Translations under genes and position numbers: made by a program
Shown here: one piece after another, positions 36,421 through 45,896 of the stretch
Layout of the letters: the number at the start of each line of letters is the position of its first letter
Position numbering within the stretch: the stretch's first letter is position 1
DNA from: Gemmatimonadota bacterium
GTDB lineage: Bacteria > Gemmatimonadota > Gemmatimonadetes > Gemmatimonadales > GWC2-71-9
Direction of reading: 5' to 3'
Length of the DNA stretch: 64,000 nt
NCBI GenBank assembly: GCA_036679605.1
Contig: JAZDCZ010000123.1
Coordinates: forward strand, 1 to 64,000
Notes under the pieces: model-generated
Database searches by the model: none
What the model saw: the letters and a program-made list of their open reading frames with translations, nothing else
What the model was told of the DNA's origin: nothing

Positions 36421-37223
36421 CGTTCCGCCCCCGCCCCCTCAGGCTGCCGCGGCTCGGTGCCCGAGATGGCGTACTCGGCCATGATGATCCGCCAGATGTC
36501 GTCGTCCTCAAGTTCCTCCCCCCAGGGAGGCATTGCCGAGTGCCACGGAGTCGCCATATCCGGTAGCCCTAGACCTCCCTTCTGTATGCGCCAGAACGGA
36601 TATGACTCTACGACGGTGGCGATGGTTCCTGGATCGGAGAAGTTGACGGGACGTAACCGCTGGCCACGCGCCAATGGACCGTTACCGTCCGCGTTGGTAC
36701 CGTGACACGGCCGACAGTTTTTTTGATAGAGAACGACGCCCTCTCGTACGACTGACTCCCGCTCTTCTCCAGTTAGATGGCCAAAAGGATTCTCCGCCTC
36801 TGCAAACTCCCTCGGTTGTGTCGGATGCTGGACCCGTACGACTGCGGGGGTCTGGGAGCCGGGCATCACCATGCCCCACGCCATCCACCCTCCAAGAATC
36901 GGGAACAACGCAAGCAATAACAGTCTCGCATTCCGCTTGGCATCTAGTGGGAAAACAAGCAACCGTACGACCGGACCAAGAAACAGTCTCCAACGTTCCT
37001 CGTCGCTGCTGACGTATACCAGTGCGCCCATCACGGCACACGCCAAGTAGATGGCTCGTGCAAAGGCCGGAATCGGAACGGGGTTCTCGCTCACTCCAAA
37101 CCAGACGGTGACCCATGGCAGAACAAAACGTAGTCCGATGTAGATCCCACCGACGACCGCCACCGTCCACAGGAGAACCCGTGGATCGCCAGAACTCTCT
37201 TTCACTCGCAGTTGGGCCTTCAC
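36417..37223 (-). CDS. Membrane-bound monoheme cytochrome c (three N-terminal TMs)
   Basis: YQKNCRPCHG, FWRIQKGG.GLP, PWHSAMPPW. Confidence 0.85.
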   Translation of the reverse strand: MKAQLRVKESSGDPRVLLWTVAVVGGIYIGLRFVLPWVTVWFGVSENPVPIPAFARAIYLACAVMGALVYVSSDEERWRLFLGPVVRLLVFPLDAKRNARLLLLALFPILGGWMAWGMVMPGSQTPAVVRVQHPTQPREFAEAENPFGHLTGEERESVVREGVVLYQKNCRPCHGTNADGNGPLARGQRLRPVNFSDPGTIATVVESYPFWRIQKGGLGLPDMATPWHSAMPPWGEELEDDDIWRIIMAEYAISGTEPRQPEGAGAER

Positions 37224-37233
37224 GATTAGCGCA

Positions 37234-38214
37234 TCATTGGAGCGTCTGCAAAAAGGCGAGAACGTCGTGTAGCTGTTTCACTGTAAGTACCTCCGCGAAA
37301 TTGTCGGGCATGAGCGAGATCTCCTGAGTGCGACGCCGCTCAATGTCAGCTAACGCAATGGCCAGTTCCTCACCGTCGGCGTTGAGTATCCACAGCGAGT
37401 CACTGTCCTCGCGGTCGATTCGACCGTCCAATATGCGACCATCCGTCATCTGGACCAGCACCGATTCGTACCCACTTGCGATCTCGGTGCTCGGCTCGAG
37501 AATAGATTGAATGATGAATTGCGCCGTTCGCGTACCGGCCACGCTCGTCAACTCTGGGCCGACTTTTCCGCCCTGGTCACCAACCGTGTGGCACTTGGCA
37601 CATGGGGCCGGGCCGCTGACATCGAAGAAGATCTCCCGACCCCGTAGAGAATCTCCGTCGATATAGGGCTCCCAGGGCTCCGTCGAGGCTCCTTGGCGCC
37701 CAGCTTGTTTGATCTCCGGAGGCAGGACAATGCTAGTTGGGTCGGGTACGCCACCCACCGACTGGAGATAGAGGATCACTGAGGAGATTTGATCGGCACT
37801 CAAGCTGATGGGCGGCTCGTACACCTTTGGCATCTCGTCCTTGTATCCCTCTACGACGTAGGCACTGGGGTTGGCGATCGACTCAATCAGGTATTGCGTT
37901 GCCGACATCTCTGTACCCAATTCAGCGCCCCGCTCCCGCGCTCGCTCCGCTGCCCGGATCGCGATCTCGGACCCGGTCTCAGATTCCCCTAGATTCGGAC
38001 AGCGAATGGAACTGCCTAGCGTGCCGATAGAATGGCAAGTGTGGCATTTGCCCAGGTTCCAGAAAATCTGCTCGCCATTCTCGACGCTTACGCCCTCCGC
38101 CAACGGTACCGCTCCCCCACCACCGGATGCGCTCGTTACGATTTCACCGGCCCAAACGAAGAGAAGGACCAACACGACCGTGAACGTGGGAGCCTTGAGC
38201 CAGCTAATCCCCAT
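37234..38214 (-). CDS. Membrane-anchored diheme cytochrome c
   Basis: CHTCH..RCPNL..YLIESIANPSAYVVEGY..MP; CAKCH..GPEL..SILEPS..SLMP. Confidence 0.85.
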   Translation of the reverse strand: MGISWLKAPTFTVVLVLLFVWAGEIVTSASGGGGAVPLAEGVSVENGEQIFWNLGKCHTCHSIGTLGSSIRCPNLGESETGSEIAIRAAERARERGAELGTEMSATQYLIESIANPSAYVVEGYKDEMPKVYEPPISLSADQISSVILYLQSVGGVPDPTSIVLPPEIKQAGRQGASTEPWEPYIDGDSLRGREIFFDVSGPAPCAKCHTVGDQGGKVGPELTSVAGTRTAQFIIQSILEPSTEIASGYESVLVQMTDGRILDGRIDREDSDSLWILNADGEELAIALADIERRRTQEISLMPDNFAEVLTVKQLHDVLAFLQTLQ

Positions 38215-40192
38215 CAGCAGCTACTTCCGTCTGTTTTCCGGTAAGCCCTGCCAACCAGAAGAGGAACGCCACCGCGGCCAAGAACACGATGGTGATGCCA
38301 CCCACCATTCGCGCCATTACGGCATTGCTCGGCGTGAACGCCCATGCTGAGGTGTCCTGCATCACTCCATAGATGTGCCAATTCTCGCGCAGGCCGGAGC
38401 GAACGAAGCCCATGAGTCCCATCGTGAGCACTATATCCACGCAGAGCGCAATGAGAGCGAACTGCGACCTACCGGTGACCTGCCCCCACTTGATAGCCCC
38501 CATACTTTGCGAGCCGCGCAGTAGGAGGATATCGATGGCCGTCACCAGAAGAAGCGCAGTCATTAGAACAAGCCACTGTGCGACGGCAATCTGCCTGAGG
38601 AACGGATTTGCTTCAGTCATCACTACGAAGCCGTACACACCAAGCACGCCCACAGACGCGACCGCCACGACAGCTACATAGATCACCTGTGCGAGGTGGC
38701 CTTTGTCGCGAAGAGTGAGAACAACGCAGGCCACCACCGTTACCATCATGCCGACAAGAAGAAACGCAGGGAGCCTAAAATAGACGGCCTTCTCAGGCGC
38801 AAGATCCATAGATTCCGGGGCTAGGGTGAACAGCGCATGCGCATACCACCCCAAAATGAGCAAACACACGGCTCCGGCTACGAACAGCACACTCTTCGCC
38901 ATGTTGCCCTGGCTGGATATGGGCACCAGATCGGTCTTGTTGCCCCGTCTATACAGTAGAAAGCTCGCGAACGTTGTCAGAATGATGAAGTTGATCACGG
39001 CGTTCTTCGCTGACATGAGGCCGAGATATCCCAGCAACGGATGGATCTGGCCACCCATGGCTAGTTGTTCTTCAGCGCGGAGCGGCAAGTTGCGCGGAGT
39101 CAGCCAGACCGCCACGCACACGATGAGAATCGCGTTGAAGTACTTGATGTATTTTTGGTACCGTTCGGCACCCGGAATGCGGCTCATCCCGGACCACAGA
39201 TAATAATTCCCGATAATAAAAAGCAAGCCAACCAACATGGCCTGCATGATGAAGGTCCAAGAAAAAGCGCCACCCATCATGTTGTTCCCCATTATCGGGC
39301 TCGCGCTGTATATTTCTCTTCCCAAGTAGTAGCCGGCAAATGGCAGCGGGATGAGGGCTGCCAACCCCACAAAGTTCCCCACGTACCCCATCCAGTCGTA
39401 GTGGGCGCGCTTGTCTTTAGTGTCAGCAGATAGAAACTTCACTGCTGCATACGCGCCTACGACGAAGCCACCGAACGCTACGTTGCCAAGTACTCTATGA
39501 ATGTTGAGCGGCATCCAAAGCGGGTTGGCTACTGCGTCCATAGTGGTACCCACAAAGGTACCGGTTTCATCAATTCCCACCGGGCTCATCATGTAAGACG
39601 CCCAGGCATTGCCGAGGAATACCAGAGAGGTGCCTACGACGTTGAGCAGTACACCTATGGCGATGTGAAGTCCCTTGCGACGCTGTAGTCGATCCCACGA
39701 GTTGTAGTAGAGATAGAGAACGGCCGTCTCCACGAAGAAGAACCCCGCATATATGTACATCGACGGCGCAAAAATCCGGATGAAGTAGTTCGCGAACTTT
39801 GGGTATAGCCCAAACAATGTGAACGCCAACAAGCCGCCCAGTGCGGCGGTCGTGGCAAAGGCGGCGGCCAGCAATTTCGTGAACTCGCGCGCGAGATCGT
39901 CGTAGCGCTTATCTCCGGTGCGCCATCCAATGAACTCGACTATTACAGCAAAGATGGGAACGCCGAGAACGAATGCGGCGAAGAGCAAGTGGAGTTGAGC
40001 CACGAACCAGACTACGCGACGCGGATTCAGTCCGAAGAACGTTCGAACATCATCAACCGACGTAAGCGGATCACCTTGAACCGCGTACAGCGTATTGGGC
40101 GTAAGGAAGCCAAGGGCCAGGAGGGAGACAACAATCCCCCCGGCCAGAATCCAGACGTTTTTACTTCTAGCGCCGCCCGCGCGAGCGTTCAC
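38204..40192 (-). CDS. Cytochrome bd-like oxidase subunit I (divergent CydA homolog, Nitrospira/anammox-type)
   Basis: AQLHLLFAAFVLGVP, YDDLAREF, FFVET, LNIHRVLGN, LGLMSAK; many TMs; GRQPW signature replaced by GFVRSGLRENW; no cydB. Confidence 0.85.
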   Translation of the reverse strand: MNARAGGARSKNVWILAGGIVVSLLALGFLTPNTLYAVQGDPLTSVDDVRTFFGLNPRRVVWFVAQLHLLFAAFVLGVPIFAVIVEFIGWRTGDKRYDDLAREFTKLLAAAFATTAALGGLLAFTLFGLYPKFANYFIRIFAPSMYIYAGFFFVETAVLYLYYNSWDRLQRRKGLHIAIGVLLNVVGTSLVFLGNAWASYMMSPVGIDETGTFVGTTMDAVANPLWMPLNIHRVLGNVAFGGFVVGAYAAVKFLSADTKDKRAHYDWMGYVGNFVGLAALIPLPFAGYYLGREIYSASPIMGNNMMGGAFSWTFIMQAMLVGLLFIIGNYYLWSGMSRIPGAERYQKYIKYFNAILIVCVAVWLTPRNLPLRAEEQLAMGGQIHPLLGYLGLMSAKNAVINFIILTTFASFLLYRRGNKTDLVPISSQGNMAKSVLFVAGAVCLLILGWYAHALFTLAPESMDLAPEKAVYFRLPAFLLVGMMVTVVACVVLTLRDKGHLAQVIYVAVVAVASVGVLGVYGFVVMTEANPFLRQIAVAQWLVLMTALLLVTAIDILLLRGSQSMGAIKWGQVTGRSQFALIALCVDIVLTMGLMGFVRSGLRENWHIYGVMQDTSAWAFTPSNAVMARMVGGITIVFLAAVAFLFWLAGLTGKQTEVAADGD

Positions 40193-40199
40193 CGGTCGG

Positions 40200-41003
40200 C
40201 TAGCTCTTACCCAGATCTATACGCAGCTCAGTCGCTTTACCCGGCGCGACAGTCACCGACTGGGTACTTGTACCCAGAGTTTCGTGCCAAATCTCCAGCT
40301 CGTACGTGCCTGCCGGCACGTTTTCGAGAACGAATTTGCCCACTTCATCCGAGACCGCATTGTAAGGATGATCGATCACGACGATCCAAGCATTCATCCA
40401 CCCGTGGATATCGCACTTGACCTTCACTTTCTCGGGGGCGCGGAACTTGACCTCGATCTTGTGTAACTCCTTCGGCTGCGCGCGGTTCACCGGTCGGTTG
40501 TCGAACGCAGCGGTATGGACGTTGTGTGTGAGCGGGTCGTTGTTCAGGATGTTCACTGGTGCTCCCACGGCAGCCAACACAACATGCGGCGAAAACTGGC
40601 ATCCGTGCTGATCGAGAGCCGGAGGAGCTGCAGGCTGCTTCAGCGCCGCACCACGGGTCACATCCACGAGCGAAATTACTGCGTCTGCAAGGCCGTTTCC
40701 CCCACCTACGTTGACGGTCTGTATTTCTCTCGACTGCCCGCAAGTCTCGGCATCATCGGTGACAGTGATGGAGCGAACCGGAGGAACTGTGCCGACAAAG
40801 CGAATCGTGCCGCTTATGGTGCCACCGTCAGTTACCTCCACCACCGTGTAGCCGCCACTGGACTCCACTGCCGCTGGTGTGGCAGCCGCGGGCGGTGGAG
40901 TCTCGTCCTTTTGGCCCGCCGAGTCATTGCCACCACCGCATGCCACCAACGTGAACGCCAACGGTAAATAGATCTTGCCGCACATCCCGATGTGTCGTCT
41001 CAT
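40200..41003 (-). CDS. Lipoprotein with cupredoxin-like and carboxypeptidase-regulatory-like domains
   Basis: Lipobox LVAC; LDQHGCQFSPHV, THNVH, KCDIHGWM, HPY. Confidence 0.8.
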   Translation of the reverse strand: MRRHIGMCGKIYLPLAFTLVACGGGNDSAGQKDETPPPAAATPAAVESSGGYTVVEVTDGGTISGTIRFVGTVPPVRSITVTDDAETCGQSREIQTVNVGGGNGLADAVISLVDVTRGAALKQPAAPPALDQHGCQFSPHVVLAAVGAPVNILNNDPLTHNVHTAAFDNRPVNRAQPKELHKIEVKFRAPEKVKVKCDIHGWMNAWIVVIDHPYNAVSDEVGKFVLENVPAGTYELEIWHETLGTSTQSVTVAPGKATELRIDLGKS

Positions 41004-41713
41004 TGATTCCCCTTATCGTTGTCAGTCTCCATCGCTGGAAGCAGGAAGTCTACCGATGTCGTTGCACCTGATGTCACCGTAACCGATTGCTCCAACTCTC
41101 CCAATAACTCATGCCACAGTTTCAACGTGTACGTGCCCGGAGGTACATTAGCGATGTGGAACGTCCCGGCTTCATCCGTTATATCGTAGAATGGGTGGTC
41201 GAACACGAGTATCTTCGCCGTCATCCAGCCGTGAGTATCACATTCAACGTCCACTATCCCGGCTCGGCGCAGAATCCGAGAGTTCTCGATCTTGTCACCT
41301 TGGTGTGGGAGCGCAAGATTTGCTAGAGTGCGCCGCCGCATACGGAGATGCGTATTGTGTAGAATTGGATCTTGGTTACCGATCTCGACGATGCTCTTCG
41401 CCGAAGCGACCAACACCGGGGGGTCAAAGCTACACTTGTCGTTCAACAGCGTGACGGGCTCCGTCGTCGCCTTCCCTTCGGCGCCTTCAACGTGCACCAC
41501 CGCGTATTGCACCTTCCCATCGTTCACCATCAATTGCTTTGAGGACAATGTCTGCCCGCAGTACTCTTGGTTCTTGGTGACGGCGATCGTCTTGACTTCC
41601 GGCGCGGCACCATCGTACCGTATGGTCCCTTCTATCGCACCCCCCTGCGCAAGCACTGTAGTAGCAAGCGGACTGAGTGCGAACATCAGCACCCCTGATC
41701 GGTATAACCTCAT
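41000..41713 (-). CDS. Secreted cupredoxin-like/carboxypeptidase-regulatory-like protein
   Basis: Signal peptide; CSFDPPV, LHNTH, ECDTHGWM, HPF. Confidence 0.8.
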   Translation of the reverse strand: MRLYRSGVLMFALSPLATTVLAQGGAIEGTIRYDGAAPEVKTIAVTKNQEYCGQTLSSKQLMVNDGKVQYAVVHVEGAEGKATTEPVTLLNDKCSFDPPVLVASAKSIVEIGNQDPILHNTHLRMRRRTLANLALPHQGDKIENSRILRRAGIVDVECDTHGWMTAKILVFDHPFYDITDEAGTFHIANVPPGTYTLKLWHELLGELEQSVTVTSGATTSVDFLLPAMETDNDKGNQ

Positions 41714-41726
41714 CCTTGCTCCTTCT

Positions 41727-44276
41727 CTAGTTGTTGTTGCTGTTTGACTGGGAGAACAGTTTCGTCCGGATGTATTCCACGACGCGCTCGATCTCTTCGT
41801 CGGTCAAGACGCCGGCCAATTCATCGCTTCCCTCACCCCACGGAGGCATCGCCTGGGTGTAACGCCCCTTCTTAGGTACTTCGAAAACGGCATCCCGGCT
41901 CTGGCTTGCGATGGTCCTCAGATTTTTGCCGGTTATCCCCTGCCCTTTGGACCCGTGGCACAACATACAATTGCGTTTGAATATCTCTTCACCGCTGAGA
42001 TCGGAACCGCGATCGATCGGTTGAGATGAAGGCAGAGGTATCAACGTCCCGTTGAATCGCTCCATCGGAGGCCGCTCGATGTCTTGGCCAAGCAGCTCCA
42101 CCATGTCACCGCTCAGTCGAGTCGAGGCAATGACCGCTGAGGGGTCCAAAGCTCGATTCGCCTTGGCGACGGTCAGGCCACCGTACCCCTGCTTCACGAT
42201 AGTAAACTGGTTCGGGTGGTGGTCGTCACCCTTGATTTTGTAGAATGCACGGTTCGTCGGTCCACCGATATTGACCGCCACCTTCCCGGCCGGCAACGGC
42301 GCTATGCCGTATCTTCCATGGCCGTGCTTGAGGAACGGTATGCCATCGGCGTCCTCGTCTTGATTCACCACACCGTAGCTCAGCTCTCCCGTTCGGTTGT
42401 CCTCAGACATCTGGAACCCACTGTTGTCCACCGTCTGAATGAACCAGCGGCTGAATTGCTCCATCATCGGCTTTACATCCTGGAGGGGTGTGGCAAGCAT
42501 CAACTCCCTCATGGCTCCCATGGCCGCGGCGACGTCGAATGGCGTGAGCACGACGGTATTGTCGTCGCGGCTGCTACGGTACAGGCCGGTCGCTTGATCC
42601 CAGAAGTGCTCTTGCAGATACCGCCAGGTTTTGTGCGCAGCAAGACGATATCGATCATCTTCGGTCGCGTGGTACGCGGCTACAAGAGCCCGAATTCCGA
42701 ACCACTGCGGGGTGCTGAGATCTGCCCCCCCCTGTCCTTGCCGGTTCGATACGTCATAAGACTCGTTGAAAGCGCCATCGGCTCCTTGAACGGCGATCAA
42801 GAAGTCCGCAGTGCCGACCAGAAGTCCCAGGGCTTGATCACCAATCTCGGGCTCGAATCCGCTTGTCTCACGGCGATCTCTGATCTCGTTCAGGGCCACG
42901 AGAGCGAGGGCCGCATCCTTCATTTGCAGTACTCTACCTGTCTTGTCCTTGGGAGTCCACTTGGAAACGAGGACTCCATCCGACGTGTGCATCGCCGCAA
43001 TGTTCTTGACCAGCACGTCGGAGAGTCCGCGCGCAACATTCACGGTGCGTTTCTCGATGATGCCACCGTCAACCGGCGGGTTGTCGGTGAAGGCTTTCCC
43101 CTCGAACCGTACGACCAGCCACTCGTACTCCGCCGTAGCCCAGAGCCATGACGCCTGGTCCCAAAGTTGGCTCGAGTTGTCGGCTATCTTGTCTAGGGCA
43201 AAGAGCCGTTCGGGTAAATCTCCGATATAGAGCACATTCGGCGTGATCTGGTGCGGAAGATACCGGAGCCCGTCCTTGGGCTCATAGGTAAGTGGATTGA
43301 TCCCCCCCAATTTGTGGCCCTTTTCATCGGCAAAGAGGGCAGCCTTCGCCTCCAATAGGGTGTTGAATCCGGTCATCGTAAGCATTGTCCCACGGAAACC
43401 TTCTTCCGCGTCGTTTCCGAGCAGGCTCATCTCTACCAACGGATCGGACGGTGAAGGCACAGTGTGCTCCGAGTGGAACATGTACTCGACCCAGACCAAC
43501 TGCTTCTTGAGCGTCTGGCCGATTCCCCCCATGTCGAACTTGATCTCCATCCGGTCACGGTCCCAGCGAGTGTTGCGCCAATCCATGAAATAACGTGGAA
43601 CACCCCAGTTGCCTTTTTTGTCACTTTGCGGATCGTCGAAGTCGTCCTCGACTACGATCGGGCCCGTAAAATGGGGATCTCCCGACGCATACTGGAGATA
43701 GTTCGGCGAGGCGTCGTCGAACACCCGTGGAAATCCGGTGCGCTTGTAGTAGAACGGCAGATAGATCCCCAGAAAAATATCCTTGTTGGACCAAATGCGT
43801 TCTCCCCGATCCCGCTGGAGGCGGTTCTTCTGGGAGAATTCGCGGGCCTTCAACGTCCAGTAGGGACCGTGGATCATGCTGATGCCCAAGTGAGACTGTG
43901 CGGCCGCGTTGGAAAGCATATAGCGCGAGTACCAGTATGCCTCCTGAGCGGTAACCCAGGAGAACACTCTATCGTGCGCAACTGGGAAGCCGGCATTCAC
44001 CGTCTCAAGGAAGAATGATATTCCTGTATAGAATTCCTCGTTCGCCAAATACATGCCTTCGTTGGTGTACCAGCGACGGTCGACGACCTTGGACTCGAGC
44101 GGAGAGCGGTATGCTGAGAGATCGGGTTGCGGTGTTCCACCCTTCTGGAGCACCTCCCGACCATCTGGTGCATGGATGGTAATCTGGGCCGATGCGCCCG
44201 CAACGGAGAATACTAACAGGCTCCCGAGCGCGGCGGTTGTTTGTTTGAGACTAAACACGGGTTGCCTCACAATCAT
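41727..44276 (-). CDS. Large secreted protein of unknown function, helical-toroid-like core plus C-terminal class I cytochrome c
   Basis: Signal peptide ASA-Q; EAYWYSRY; six-hairpin-like segments (DFLIAVQGADGAF, YHATEDDRYRLAA...FWDQATGLY); CMLCH...AMPPW at C-terminus. Confidence 0.75.
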   Translation of the reverse strand: MIVRQPVFSLKQTTAALGSLLVFSVAGASAQITIHAPDGREVLQKGGTPQPDLSAYRSPLESKVVDRRWYTNEGMYLANEEFYTGISFFLETVNAGFPVAHDRVFSWVTAQEAYWYSRYMLSNAAAQSHLGISMIHGPYWTLKAREFSQKNRLQRDRGERIWSNKDIFLGIYLPFYYKRTGFPRVFDDASPNYLQYASGDPHFTGPIVVEDDFDDPQSDKKGNWGVPRYFMDWRNTRWDRDRMEIKFDMGGIGQTLKKQLVWVEYMFHSEHTVPSPSDPLVEMSLLGNDAEEGFRGTMLTMTGFNTLLEAKAALFADEKGHKLGGINPLTYEPKDGLRYLPHQITPNVLYIGDLPERLFALDKIADNSSQLWDQASWLWATAEYEWLVVRFEGKAFTDNPPVDGGIIEKRTVNVARGLSDVLVKNIAAMHTSDGVLVSKWTPKDKTGRVLQMKDAALALVALNEIRDRRETSGFEPEIGDQALGLLVGTADFLIAVQGADGAFNESYDVSNRQGQGGADLSTPQWFGIRALVAAYHATEDDRYRLAAHKTWRYLQEHFWDQATGLYRSSRDDNTVVLTPFDVAAAMGAMRELMLATPLQDVKPMMEQFSRWFIQTVDNSGFQMSEDNRTGELSYGVVNQDEDADGIPFLKHGHGRYGIAPLPAGKVAVNIGGPTNRAFYKIKGDDHHPNQFTIVKQGYGGLTVAKANRALDPSAVIASTRLSGDMVELLGQDIERPPMERFNGTLIPLPSSQPIDRGSDLSGEEIFKRNCMLCHGSKGQGITGKNLRTIASQSRDAVFEVPKKGRYTQAMPPWGEGSDELAGVLTDEEIERVVEYIRTKLFSQSNSNNN

Positions 44277-44280
44277 TGAG

Positions 44281-45693
44281 TTAGAAAGTCACCGAGCTGC
44301 CGAGACGGAACACGTTGTCCGGTGCTGGGCCAAGCTCTGGACTCGCAACGCGGAAGAGCCCCGTCGCAGTGAACCGAATCAACGGGTCGGGACTATAGAT
44401 TAGGCTGGGGGTCAGGTACATGGACGTCCCCTTGCTGAAGCTGGGCCGGTTTACCAGCGCGAACTCGAACATGCGCTGTCCTGTGCCGGGGTCGACAACA
44501 ATTTCCGGCTCCGGGATCATGCCGGCGTAACTATCCGCCTGTTGATGGAATCCGACAAAACTCATATCGAGCGCCAGGAAGTCCTTGAGCAGGGGTTTCA
44601 CGAAACTACCGAAGAAGGTGGTCTTGTCACCGGCGTCGATTCCGTCGGCCTCATTGTTGATCCGGTGCAGAATCCCGAGGTGCAATGCGCTTCGACCTGG
44701 GATCCGACCAAAAGTAGCGAAGTCTCCCTGCTCGAACTGTCGCGTGATGAAAGCTCCGACTAGGTAGCCGAACGCGCCGGTCCCCGGCTGTAGAGTTGTG
44801 GGTAACCGGCCGTCGCCTGAAAAGCGTCCAAAAACTCCCCCGTTGAACGGAAACGGAGTGAGGATGCGTGGCGCGTTCTCCAGCATACCCGCCGGCACTT
44901 GCCAGGCTCCGTTGAAGAAGTTTTGGGGGCCGCCCAACTGCTGTATCATCTGCTCGAATGACGGTTGGACGCCGTCGTCGTCAGGATCGGGGCGCCGGGC
45001 TAGGATGAACCCTCCATCTCCAAACTTTTCGTCGTTCTTTCCCGTGGGCAGGAAAACAGCTCCGGCGAGGGCAAACCCAACCGGAAAATTTCCTTGATCG
45101 ACGATTTTTTTCTTGAGGAATACACCGATGTCGCCTAGCTCCCGACTGCTGCCCTGGTTCAGCAGATCGATGAATTGAACGCCGTTCGGATTAATGAACC
45201 CATCGGTACGTGATTCAATGTATGGGACGTTGATTCGCAAAGTGAAGCTGTGGAGATACTTCTTGTGCAGGTCGAAACCATAAAAGAGATCTAGATCGAA
45301 CAACGTTCGGCGGACGGAAAACTGATCGAAGACCGCCGAGTTGGGACTATCTCCCATGAAGAAGTCATTCCCATCGATCCTGGCAAAGCGGGTGGATAGA
45401 CCAATCCGCCAGGTGTTGGGCGGCAACACGAACGAGTGGCCGACCAAAGCGGGCTGGAGCAGGGGCGGAATGAAGTGCTGGATCTGGTGTTTGATCTGCA
45501 TGCGGTCGAACCGCATGAAATCCTCGCCTCCTATCCCCCCTTTCGTGCCGAGCATGATGAATTCGTCGGGCGGGGGCGGGATCGTGTCTTCCTGCCCCCA
45601 GAGCGGCGTGGCCAGAAATAGGGCCGCGGCGATGGACAGCGCGATCTTGGGTCTCCCCTGTTGGGTAAGTCTCCTACTCGAAACGGCACGCAT
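44281..45693 (-). CDS. Outer-membrane beta-barrel (phenol-degradation MetA/'transporter'-like)
   Basis: RBS GGAGG before ATG 45693; signal peptide; LGDIGVFLK, VFLPTG, LQPGTG, C-terminal VTF. Confidence 0.7.
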   Translation of the reverse strand: MRAVSSRRLTQQGRPKIALSIAAALFLATPLWGQEDTIPPPPDEFIMLGTKGGIGGEDFMRFDRMQIKHQIQHFIPPLLQPALVGHSFVLPPNTWRIGLSTRFARIDGNDFFMGDSPNSAVFDQFSVRRTLFDLDLFYGFDLHKKYLHSFTLRINVPYIESRTDGFINPNGVQFIDLLNQGSSRELGDIGVFLKKKIVDQGNFPVGFALAGAVFLPTGKNDEKFGDGGFILARRPDPDDDGVQPSFEQMIQQLGGPQNFFNGAWQVPAGMLENAPRILTPFPFNGGVFGRFSGDGRLPTTLQPGTGAFGYLVGAFITRQFEQGDFATFGRIPGRSALHLGILHRINNEADGIDAGDKTTFFGSFVKPLLKDFLALDMSFVGFHQQADSYAGMIPEPEIVVDPGTGQRMFEFALVNRPSFSKGTSMYLTPSLIYSPDPLIRFTATGLFRVASPELGPAPDNVFRLGSSVTF

Positions 45694-45751
45694 ACGATCC
45701 TCCATTGTCCAAGAAACGTCCCTTCCTACTGACGGTGTCGAGTAGCCGTTT

Positions 45752-45788
45752 GTAGGGTTTACTCCTACACCGTACGGCACACCCCTAC
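45752..45788. promoter_or_regulatory. Tandem GTAGG-N7-CCTAC palindromic boxes
   Basis: GTAGG-GTTTACT-CCTAC (45752-45768) and GTACG-GCACACC-CCTAC (45772-45788). Confidence 0.5.
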
Positions 45789-45896
45789 ACCCGCTATGTA
45801 CTGAGACGCAATCTGACTCAATTTTATGAAGTAATTATGAAGGCCCTATTAATGGACCCTAATTGGGGCTCCAACGGAGAAGATCCCGCCTACAGC

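Noticed and set aside
42216..43151. Long antisense or alternate-frame ORFs (also 17555-18526, 15676-16389, 24130-24807, 59755-60378)
   Set aside because: Shadow ORFs of well-supported genes in GC-rich DNA, with no motifs or RBS
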